Of a stretch of 49,780 bases of DNA, positions 7,200 through 14,370 are shown piece by piece. The stretch comes from a virus. The notes beneath the pieces were generated by a model that searched no databases, was not told the origin of the DNA, and saw nothing but the letters and a program-made list of their open reading frames with translations. The DNA is taken from the IMG/VR virus record IMGVR_UViG_3300029310_000016; one strand, 5' to 3'. The translations under genes and the position numbers were made by a program. Each line of letters opens with the position of its first letter. Position 1 is the stretch's first letter.

Positions 7200-7767
7200 G
7201 TTGATAATGTTTTAATGATTATTGAATCGTGATTTCCAAATTACGCCAAGTCGCGCGCCTTGGCTTGCTTTGGTCTCGTCTGCTTCCGAGATGCCAGCAC
7301 CCTTTTATCGACTTGTGCGTGCGTGCATGTCGAGCTGTCAATGTTGCCATCATCCTCCGTTATTAGCTCGTTCGAGTCCAGCCGTGCAGGTGTTCATTGT
7401 CGGGTTAGCCTGTCCACCGTAGCTGAGTTTTACATCATGCGCAAGATGCCTTTTTTAACGTGTCTGTTCACGATCCGCGTCTTGGCTCATCACTAACTTT
7501 GTTTTTAACGTGGAGTGTCCCTGATTGCCATCGCGCCCGAACTCTCGATGTCTCCACAAGAATATTCTTTGTGCCTGTGCGTGTTCCGATGTTTACGCTT
7601 ACGCTCTCGCCAGAGCACAGGCTTCATAACTTAAAAAACAAGCCAGACAATCTCTCGATTGCCGCCTCCGTCCAACCTTCACGGCCAACCTTCAGCTTCA
7701 GCATGAAATAATAATAATGGGTTATTCGGAAAGTAGTATATTTTATGACCTGCTAAACTTTCACCGC

Positions 7768-7953
7768 TTATTTATCCTCTTTGTCCCAGATGAATCTGTC
7801 ACTCAGATAGTACACCATCAGCAGACTCGCAAAACCTATAAGAAAGCGGCATCCGTCAATGTTCCCATCCTGCTTTTCCATCGAAAGAACGGACAGAACC
7901 CCCACAAGGGAAAGTGATATCACAACTGCGTAAAGCAGAGCCTTCTTTTTCAT
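7768..7953 (-). CDS. Small membrane protein (2 TM)
   Basis: MKKKALLYAVVISLSLVGVLSVL...FLIGFASLLMVYYL. The start is chosen at the ATG that forms an ATGA overlap with the upstream stop; the track start is 7995. Confidence 0.55.
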   Translation of the reverse strand: MKKKALLYAVVISLSLVGVLSVLSMEKQDGNIDGCRFLIGFASLLMVYYLSDRFIWDKEDK

Positions 7954-8174
7954 TTCCCTGTCCTCCTGCTCTTTTTCGTTAGTATTATCCCGCATTTCAT
8001 CAACACGTTGCGCACTCCTGCTGTTGTCATCTTGTGCTTGTCTGCAATAGACACCATCCTTCTGTTTGCGCTCGCTTCTGGTGCAAGCTTGCTCAGTTCC
8101 ATGTAGTCTCCTACTATCTGCTGCCAGCGAGCGTCTCGCTGCTTCTGTCTTGTTGTTCTCAGATCTATTGTCAT
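7950..8174 (-). CDS. Hypothetical small basic protein
   Basis: 74-aa ORF, 30 nt downstream of the 146-nt tRNA-like element. Confidence 0.55.
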   Translation of the reverse strand: MTIDLRTTRQKQRDARWQQIVGDYMELSKLAPEASANRRMVSIADKHKMTTAGVRNVLMKCGIILTKKSRRTGK

Positions 8175-8204
8175 GATTTCGTGTAGTTATTAAATTAAAA
8201 ATTG

Positions 8205-8350
8205 TGGACTGCAGAGGACTCGAACCTCAGTTCAATGGCTGACTGAACGGACGCACGCCTGCGCCTCTAAGAAGTTGGTCTCTCCCCATCTTCTGTGAGT
8301 GTCTTTCTTTTTGTTCCCCAGTCGCTCCGCTCTTTCCGACTGTGCAGTCC
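8205..8350 (-). ncRNA. 146-nt tRNA-like structured element (perfect 7-bp acceptor-type helix + T-arm enclosing three hairpins)
   Basis: 5' GGACUGC (8350-8344) pairs with GCAGUCC (8212-8206). T-arm GAGG-UUCGAGU-CCUC. Internal hairpins are AGUCG/CGACU, GGCGCA/UGCGUC and GUUCA/UGAAC. It fills almost the whole intergenic gap. Confidence 0.45.
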
Positions 8351-8357
8351 TTGTCTC

Positions 8358-8645
8358 CTATTCCCTGTCCATCAATGCCTTCACATCGCTATACCTGTAC
8401 ATTGCCCTGCCTCCTATGTAGACAGGCTTGAGATAGCCAACCTTTGCCCAGCGCACGATGGTGGATGTGGTCTTGCGCACCATCCTGCACACTTCCGCTC
8501 TGGTGAGCAAGGCCTGTTCTTCTCTTGCCGACTGCTGCTCCCTTCTCTTAGCCAGCTCTATTGCAAACTCTATCGCAAAGGCCTTCAAGTCTCTCGCCTT
8601 GATGGTCACCGTTATATCCCTGTCTATCAATTCCTGAAAATTCAT
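8358..8645 (-). CDS. MerR/excisionase-type HTH DNA-binding protein (HTH_17-like)
   Basis: LLTRAEVCRMVRKTTSTIVRWAKVGYLKPVYIGGRAMYRYSDVKAL matches the excisionase/AlpA-like HTH pattern. Confidence 0.7.
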   Translation of the reverse strand: MNFQELIDRDITVTIKARDLKAFAIEFAIELAKRREQQSAREEQALLTRAEVCRMVRKTTSTIVRWAKVGYLKPVYIGGRAMYRYSDVKALMDRE

Positions 8646-8665
8646 AAGTCATTTTTTTAAGTTCG

Positions 8666-8740
8666 TGGAGGTCTGCGGAGTCGAACCGCTTTCAGTTTAG
8701 AATGCCTGGAACATTCAGCAGCTGCCGTTGCCTTCCCTCC
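8666..8740 (-). tRNA. Divergent tRNA-like cloverleaf with Trp-type anticodon loop (CCA); possibly a degenerate or pseudo-tRNA
   Basis: GGAGGGA AG GCA-ACGGCAGC-UGC U GAAUG-UUCCAGG-CAUUC UAAACUGAA (A)GCGG-UUCGACU-CCGC(A) GACCUCC A. The anticodon arm is perfect, the T-stem has 4 bp, the acceptor pairs 5/7, the variable region is 9 nt, and no CCA is encoded. Confidence 0.35.
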
Positions 8741-8813
8741 TTGTGGCATGCTATGCTCTCGCACCGCATGCCTGATAAATAACACATTATGTCACATTAA
8801 AGCATGTGATATT

Positions 8814-9236
8814 TCAATTCAGCTCTTGCAGTATAAGATCCTTGTCTTCTTGAAGCAGCTCATAATCGTTCTCTAACTTCTTGCGGAGGTAAGTCCTCGC
8901 TCCCATCTCTTCGATGCATATCTTGCGGAGGTTTGCATCCTCGTTCTCGCATGCGCTCTCAAACAGAGCGTCCACCACCTTTGCGTGTTTCTCTTTGATG
9001 GTCTCGATGGCAAGCTTGGCAGCTTTCAGCTGTAGTCCCAATTCAAACTCTCTGGCTTTATTCTCCTTGCCCATCTCTAATATGAAATTCCTCGCTTTTT
9101 TCCCTGCGGATACCCACATATCCGCAAATTCTTGTTTAGACATGTTCCCGACTGAGATGTAGGCAGATTCGATTTCTTTATAGTCCTCATCAGAATACTG
9201 TGTGCCTGTGAGTCTTTCAAATTCTTGTTTCAGCAT
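8814..9236 (-). CDS. Hypothetical protein, first gene of the leftward early operon
   Basis: The start is taken at MLKQEFERLTG (ATG 9234-9236). The upstream part of the track ORF is AT-rich operator DNA. Confidence 0.55.
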   Translation of the reverse strand: MLKQEFERLTGTQYSDEDYKEIESAYISVGNMSKQEFADMWVSAGKKARNFILEMGKENKAREFELGLQLKAAKLAIETIKEKHAKVVDALFESACENEDANLRKICIEEMGARTYLRKKLENDYELLQEDKDLILQELN

Positions 9237-9488
9237 AAAACTCCGCTTGACCGTGATGCGGTAGGGCTGGTAGCGTTTTAATTGAGTGTCTAAAAATTTT
9301 GTTATAACGATTTTTATAACTACTTTTGCAAGTGTTTTATAAATCGCTTTTAATTTCAGTTGCAAAGTTATAACTTTTTTGGTTATCATCCAAATAATTT
9401 TATAATTATTTTTAGTCATTTTTGATACCATATTTGTAAATAATTGGTTATCATAATGTTGAATTATAACTTTTTTAGGTTAGTTTAT
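9237..9488. promoter_or_regulatory. Divergent immunity/switch region with operator-like repeats
   Basis: TTATAAC at 9302, 9314, 9368 and 9464 (the first as the palindrome GTTATAAC). TTATAAC-TTTTTT-(A)GGTTA at 9368-9386 and 9464-9482. GGTTATCAT at 9381 and 9446. Confidence 0.6.
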
Positions 9489-9875
9489 ATGGAAAAAGTT
9501 GCTATTGCTCTCCAGGAGTGGGCAAAAGACAAAAATTACAAACAGCGAGAATTGGCTAATATACTCGGTGTTGCCCAGCCTTACATTGGGCGTATGATGA
9601 AAGGCAAACAAGAATTCGGTAAGAATACCGCTCGCAAATGGGCCGACACCTTCGGCATGTCCTACACATTCCTTCTCACAGGCGAAGGCTCTCTCTTTGA
9701 CCAATCCTCAGATGTGGCCGAACAGGCAACAGAGGACGTTGCGTCAGGTCTTGATCCTGAATCGGCAGAGTATTGGCGAAAGAAGTATGAAGAATGTCTT
9801 GCAGACCTTTATAAAGAACGTGCCGTATCAGAAGGCCTCCGCATCGCTTTAGGTGCTGTGCGTGACGCAAAATGA
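9489..9875 (+). CDS. CI-like HTH repressor (XRE/phage CI family)
   Basis: QRELANILGVAQPYIGRMMKGKQ is an HTH, and FLLTGEGSLF is typical of Bacteroidota phage CI-type repressors. The start is at MEKVAIAL. Confidence 0.75.
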   Translation: MEKVAIALQEWAKDKNYKQRELANILGVAQPYIGRMMKGKQEFGKNTARKWADTFGMSYTFLLTGEGSLFDQSSDVAEQATEDVASGLDPESAEYWRKKYEECLADLYKERAVSEGLRIALGAVRDAK

Positions 9876-9988
9876 AAAAATGGCACAGGAAAGCAAAGAG
9901 CATCGCATGCGGCAATGCACTGACAACAACATATAATAATTATAATAAAGGTGACATCAAAAAAAGAAACCTCCAACACGCATCTACA

Positions 9989-10450
9989 ATGACAGAACAC
10001 ATAGAAGAACGCATCAAGCAGATCATCGCTTACAAATGCAAAGGCAACACCTCGGCATTCGCTCGCCTGATGGAATGGTCAACGCCTTATGCCTTTCAAA
10101 CGGTCAGAGGGAAGAGCCTTGGCCTCTCCCCTATCATCACCATCGTCAGCAAGCTCCCCGAAATAGATGCGCGCTGGCTGCTCACAGGCGAAGGCACAAT
10201 GCTTCAGGCGGACGAGAGCACGCCACATGTGCCATCTGGCGCACCTTCGCTGTCTTACATGTTCGACATGGAGAAGTACATACCATTCATGACATCAGAA
10301 GAGCAGCAACAGCTTATCAGCGGACGCAAATTCGACATCATGCGTATCGACTCCTGGGAACGGAAACGGCAAGAGCGCAACGAGCGCATTGATGCCATCT
10401 TCTCCGCTGCCTACTCCAGGCAAGGCATGACGTATAATGGCGAAAAATAA
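9989..10450 (+). CDS. Second CI-type HTH regulator
   Basis: GNTSAFARLMEWSTPYAFQTVRGKS ... ARWLLTGEGTML. The start is taken at MTEHIEERIK; the track start is 9872. Confidence 0.65.
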   Translation: MTEHIEERIKQIIAYKCKGNTSAFARLMEWSTPYAFQTVRGKSLGLSPIITIVSKLPEIDARWLLTGEGTMLQADESTPHVPSGAPSLSYMFDMEKYIPFMTSEEQQQLISGRKFDIMRIDSWERKRQERNERIDAIFSAAYSRQGMTYNGEK

Positions 10451-10488
10451 AAAAAGACAGCTCCAATCAAATTGAAGCTGCCTTTTCC
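10449..10488. terminator. Bidirectional rho-independent terminator between convergent genes
   Basis: A-run, then the imperfect 11-bp hairpin GACAGCUCCAA-UCAAA-UUGAAGCUGCC, then a U-run. Confidence 0.55.
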
Positions 10489-10567
10489 AACTAAACTAAT
10501 GTGAAAACAATCTTAACCACAAGATCCACACCGCAAAGATATGAAATCTATTTGTAACGGCCAACAT

Positions 10568-12013
10568 CTAATCGATTAAATCGACAACGCCCTTCAGCAC
10601 ATCATCCGTTATCGCCCTGTATCGGCTGAACGCCTTTGATCCTTCCACGTGTCCGCTCATCCTGCCTATGAGGTTAGGGTCTTGCACCTTCTCGTACACG
10701 TTCCCGATGAATGTGCGCCTTGCCATGTGGCTGCTCGCCACTTCCCATATAGGGCGTGACTCATTCTCGCCTGTGACGCTGTTGCGCACGATAACAGGAC
10801 GGTCTATCCCTGCAAGCTTCAGCATGTCCTTAATCGCCATATTGTACTTAGTAGTGCTAACAAATGGGAAGAGACGCCCTCCGCTGTCTACTCCCCTGTA
10901 TTTTTCCACAAGCGCAAGTGCTCTCTCTGCAAGCGGCACCCTTGGCTTTACTTGCGCTTGTTCATCCCTTGTCTTATGCGGCACATACTCCAGCACTCCA
11001 TCTGTGATGTTCGCCTCTGTCATTCTTGTCAAATCGCTCACCCTGCATCCAACAAGGCACTGAAAGATGAAGATGTCACGCTGCACCTCCAGCTGCGGCC
11101 GTGATGGAAATCTTGCCTCAGCAAGCTTGTTGCGCTCGTCTATCGTCAGATAGAATGGTATGCCGTAAACCTCTGCGCCTATTGTCACCCCCTCAAACGG
11201 ATTGCACTCCGTGATCTTTCGCCTTCTCATCCAGTTGTACAGCACCTTCAGCTTCTTCAATTTCCCAATCACCGTGTTTTGCCCTCTGTCATTCACATCT
11301 TCCCGATGATGTCCGTCTCTCGGTATCAGCTCCTGCGGATAGCTGCTCATTATATCCTCAAAAAGCTCTGGCTGCTCCTTGCGCAGCATCCGCTCCTGTG
11401 ACAGATAGCTGCGCAAGTCCATCACATCGTCTGCATTCAAGCTGTCTATATCCAGTATGAATTCATGACTGTCCATAGCCTTGCGGTACTCTGCCCATCT
11501 GTATACATCCCTCATGAGCACTCTGTAATGCGCAGCTCGCCTTTTGCTTATATCCTCATCCTGCAGAAAGGTCTCACAGAATCCCCACAACGTGCGCCCG
11601 TTCTCCTGCCTCAGTCCTGCAAGCGCACACGTCACAGCTCTGCGTGTGATGTCCGCAACAGCCAAGTTCCGCGTCTTCTCTATCACCTGTGCCAGAACGC
11701 CTTTCCTTGCGCAAAAGTCCACACCCATGACGGACGCAATCATCTGCGCCCTCATTGCAATATCTTCGATGTCCCTTTTCGCTTTCTCCGCCAACTCCAC
11801 ATCTCGCATGTTCAGCCTTCCACGTTTCGGCACAACGATGCTGCCTATCTCATTCCCGGAACTTGTTCCTGTAGTCTTCCACATGCACGACCTTACTTTC
11901 ACATCGGTCTTGATGCGTATGTGCTTCAATCTTGTGAGCCGCAGCAGCAGATAAACCGCTCTGTTTCCGTCTGCGTCTTCTTTCCTGCTTATTATGTACG
12001 AGTATGATGCCAT
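10568..12013 (-). CDS. int: Tyrosine recombinase / phage integrase (Bacteroidota type)
   Basis: GCRVSDLTRM (catalytic R), HMARRTF (HxxR) and GHVEGSKAFSRY (H...Y). The start is at MASYSYIISRK. Confidence 0.9.
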   Translation of the reverse strand: MASYSYIISRKEDADGNRAVYLLLRLTRLKHIRIKTDVKVRSCMWKTTGTSSGNEIGSIVVPKRGRLNMRDVELAEKAKRDIEDIAMRAQMIASVMGVDFCARKGVLAQVIEKTRNLAVADITRRAVTCALAGLRQENGRTLWGFCETFLQDEDISKRRAAHYRVLMRDVYRWAEYRKAMDSHEFILDIDSLNADDVMDLRSYLSQERMLRKEQPELFEDIMSSYPQELIPRDGHHREDVNDRGQNTVIGKLKKLKVLYNWMRRRKITECNPFEGVTIGAEVYGIPFYLTIDERNKLAEARFPSRPQLEVQRDIFIFQCLVGCRVSDLTRMTEANITDGVLEYVPHKTRDEQAQVKPRVPLAERALALVEKYRGVDSGGRLFPFVSTTKYNMAIKDMLKLAGIDRPVIVRNSVTGENESRPIWEVASSHMARRTFIGNVYEKVQDPNLIGRMSGHVEGSKAFSRYRAITDDVLKGVVDLID

Positions 12014-12070
12014 ATATGTTTTGTTTACGTTTCGCAAAAATAGCGAATGCTGCCGCAAAAGAAAAAAATA

Positions 12071-12291
12071 TTTTGCAAATTATTTTGCAATGATGATATT
12101 TAATGCACATATCTGACATGTTTTGCAATCTCAGCTTTCAAAAAAGCCACGTGCGTACATATATATATAATTGTATATCTTATTATTACGAACGACCCCA
12201 TCCGAGTCACAAAATAGATTTATTATCTTGTTGATTATCTTGCGCTTACACCTGTTTCAAGAAATCAATTATTTTGCAATTATTTTGCAAT
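12071..12291. other. attP-like region with integrase arm-type repeats
   Basis: AATTATTTTGCAAT occurs exactly at 12078, 12267 and 12278. TTTTGCAA also occurs at 12071 and 12121. There is a (TA)n tract near 12160. The region is immediately upstream of int. Confidence 0.5.
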
Positions 12292-12317
12292 ACCATTTTT
12301 TAAGCCAAAAAGGCACT

Positions 12318-12345
12318 AAAAAAGGACTCGCATCACTGCGAATCC
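12318..12345 (-). terminator. Rho-independent terminator ending the lysis operon
   Basis: Minus-strand RNA GGAUUCGCA-GUGA-UGCGAGUCC followed by U6. Confidence 0.65.
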
Positions 12346-12411
12346 TTCTTCTTGTAAACTTTTCAAAACATATAAAAACATCTTGTTGATGAAACATTAG
12401 ATATATCTTAA

Positions 12412-12837
12412 TTACTGCATTTTTTTAATAAGTAGCCAGACAAAAGAAATGACTGATAGCACTGCCAATCCTATTGCGCACCATTTCACGATAGCTGGCG
12501 TTTTGTAAACAAATTCCTTTGTCCTCACCTTCACAGGAACTTTCACGGTGTCACTCTTGACGATATACAGCGTGTCGTGCGTTACTTCGTTCGTGTGACT
12601 GTAATACTTCTCAATCTGCTTCACCGTGTCACCTGCTGCCCCTATCACAAAGACGATAGAATCCTTCTGCATGACATCACGAATGCTGGATGCCATCTGC
12701 CACACGCTATCCTTGCTTGTATTGTTCAGCACCACAGCCTCTTCACGCACGAGTTGTTCTTTGCTCCTGCATCCACATAATGACAATGCTGCAACGAATG
12801 CGATAAGACTCAAAAAATAAATGTCATACTTCTTCAT
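12412..12837 (-). CDS. Unimolecular-spanin-like protein (N-terminal lipoprotein signal + C-terminal TM)
   Basis: MKKYDIYFLSLIAFVAALSLCGC is a signal peptide with a lipobox-like LCGC. The C-terminal WCAIGLAVLSVISFVWLLIKK is a TM segment. The gene overlaps the amidase stop. Confidence 0.5.
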   Translation of the reverse strand: MKKYDIYFLSLIAFVAALSLCGCRSKEQLVREEAVVLNNTSKDSVWQMASSIRDVMQKDSIVFVIGAAGDTVKQIEKYYSHTNEVTHDTLYIVKSDTVKVPVKVRTKEFVYKTPAIVKWCAIGLAVLSVISFVWLLIKKMQ

Positions 12838-13427
12838 TTCTCGCAGCTCTTGATAAATTTAAGAATAGCTCTATAATGCACATCTACTACAGATCTCTTG
12901 CCTTGCTCTGACAACAGAAAGATTACATCTTGCTTGTTGTCCTGAAACAGATTCTCTGTCAGCACAGCAGGACAAAGCGTGTCACGACAGATAGCGAGGT
13001 TCTGCGCTATATACTTGCATGCTGGCACATTCCGATTTCCTTTCATGCCAAGATTGACGGCTTCATCCCACAAGAAGGCCGCAAGCCTCTTGCTGTATGC
13101 AGACGCATTCATGCCCACATGAGCTGAAAAGCCTCTTGCTTCATGCCATTGCCCATCCCCTCCTGCCGCATTGTTGTGTATTGACACAAGCAGTACATTT
13201 GCAGGTCCAGCTTGTCTGCATACAGCATTAACTCGCCTGCATCTTTCGCTTAATGGAACATCATACCGCTCTGGTGTTACAAGTTGCACATCGCATCCAT
13301 CATCCTTCAGTTTGCTGTAAAGCATGCGAGCTATTTCTCTGCAGTATGCGTATTCTCGCAAGCTTCCGTCAGGAGACCGCTTGCCTGGCGTATTCTCGCC
13401 ATGTCCGTTGTCTATTAGTATCTTCAT
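12834..13427 (-). CDS. N-acetylmuramoyl-L-alanine amidase (Amidase_3) endolysin
   Basis: MKILIDNGHGENTPGK, VSIHNNAAGG and VLTENLFQDN. Alternative starts are at 13448 and 13481. Confidence 0.85.
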   Translation of the reverse strand: MKILIDNGHGENTPGKRSPDGSLREYAYCREIARMLYSKLKDDGCDVQLVTPERYDVPLSERCRRVNAVCRQAGPANVLLVSIHNNAAGGDGQWHEARGFSAHVGMNASAYSKRLAAFLWDEAVNLGMKGNRNVPACKYIAQNLAICRDTLCPAVLTENLFQDNKQDVIFLLSEQGKRSVVDVHYRAILKFIKSCEK

Positions 13428-13508
13428 AACCGTTTGATTATATTTCATATTGCAAAGATACAAAAAAAGACGTGCATACACACGCCCTTTTTGAATATTT
13501 CATATTTA

Positions 13509-13991
13509 TCACTTACGGTTTGCATTCCATGTCTTTCCTGCGTCTCCATCGGAGAAGTACACCATGTATGCAGCTTCCATGATGGCTGCATCGTCAAACT
13601 TAGGAGATAACGCAGCATACATAGAGTTAAACGCCACATATTTGTCGCACTCTGTCACTCCTGAAGGAAAGCTCTTTCCTGCTGTCGCTTCCTTGACTTG
13701 CTGCTTTGTCCAATGCGCGCCTGTGCGCTTCTCCCCATCTCTATCAATGTAACTCAGTCTCTCCACGTCTTCCTCTGCGCACCTCTCATCATAATGCTTG
13801 CCGAACAGATTCTCATGTTCAGCACGCATGAATGCCTCGTACTCTTCTGGATGATTCATCTTGACCTTTTCAAGCAATGCGGCAACATTGTCAATGCTCT
13901 TCCACATCTTCTGTTCTGTTGCAAGGCCAAGACGCTTAGCGTCCGCTATCATGTGTTTATACCTCATACCGACTACTAACATTTTGGACAC
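13509..13991 (-). CDS. Hypothetical protein
   Basis: 160-aa ORF upstream of the endolysin. Confidence 0.55.
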   Translation of the reverse strand: MSKMLVVGMRYKHMIADAKRLGLATEQKMWKSIDNVAALLEKVKMNHPEEYEAFMRAEHENLFGKHYDERCAEEDVERLSYIDRDGEKRTGAHWTKQQVKEATAGKSFPSGVTECDKYVAFNSMYAALSPKFDDAAIMEAAYMVYFSDGDAGKTWNANRK

Positions 13992-14061
13992 GCTCCCCTA
14001 AAACGAGGAAGGTGTCGATTTTTTATCATTACAGGCTCTGGCCGCATCTTTTCTTCCTGTC

Positions 14062-14370
14062 TCACTTCTGCCTGTCTCTTAGTTTGCTTATTCTGTCCCA
14101 TAGCTTATTGTACAGATCCTGCGCCCATATTAACAGCAATGCGAAATAATTGCTTAAATATGCGGCCGCAACTGACAACATTATAGCAACGACAGGGTCT
14201 CCACCCTTTACAATCAGCGTCACAAGGCACACCCAGAAGGTGCTGCACTGATGGCATGAAGCAATCTTATTGCAGACCTTCGCAATCGCTTCTGACAGTC
14301 CTGTATGCACAATGAGTGTTGCCCCTATCATTGCCAATAACGTCACCACAATCATACTTGTCACTGTCAT
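14062..14370 (-). CDS. Holin-like small membrane protein (3 TM)
   Basis: MTVTSMIVVTLLAMIGATLIV..FWVCLVTLIV..VVAIMLSVAAAYLSNYFALLLIW with a charged C-terminus. ATGA overlap with the upstream stop. Confidence 0.45.
   Translation of the reverse strand: MTVTSMIVVTLLAMIGATLIVHTGLSEAIAKVCNKIASCHQCSTFWVCLVTLIVKGGDPVVAIMLSVAAAYLSNYFALLLIWAQDLYNKLWDRISKLRDRQK

Noticed and set aside
7366-7390. Plus-oriented T-arm-like motif as a plus-strand tRNA (7313-7390)
   Set aside because: The T-stem has a mismatch next to the loop. The acceptor pairing needs three G-U pairs. No D arm or anticodon arm can be drawn.
7405-7704. A 100-codon minus-strand frame in the non-coding island interrupted only by three TGA codons, suggesting TGA recoding
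   Set aside because: TGA is clearly used as a stop elsewhere in this genome, including several ATGA start/stop overlaps (724, 1983, 7950, 14367, 24875). The only tRNA-like anticodon seen is CCA, not UCA. The peptide has no recognisable features, so this is most likely chance.
8205-8350. tmRNA-like interpretation of the 146-nt element
   Set aside because: It is far shorter than known tmRNAs. It has no G3:U70 alanine identity pair (A3-U70 instead), no convincing tag reading frame or pseudoknots, and no encoded CCA.
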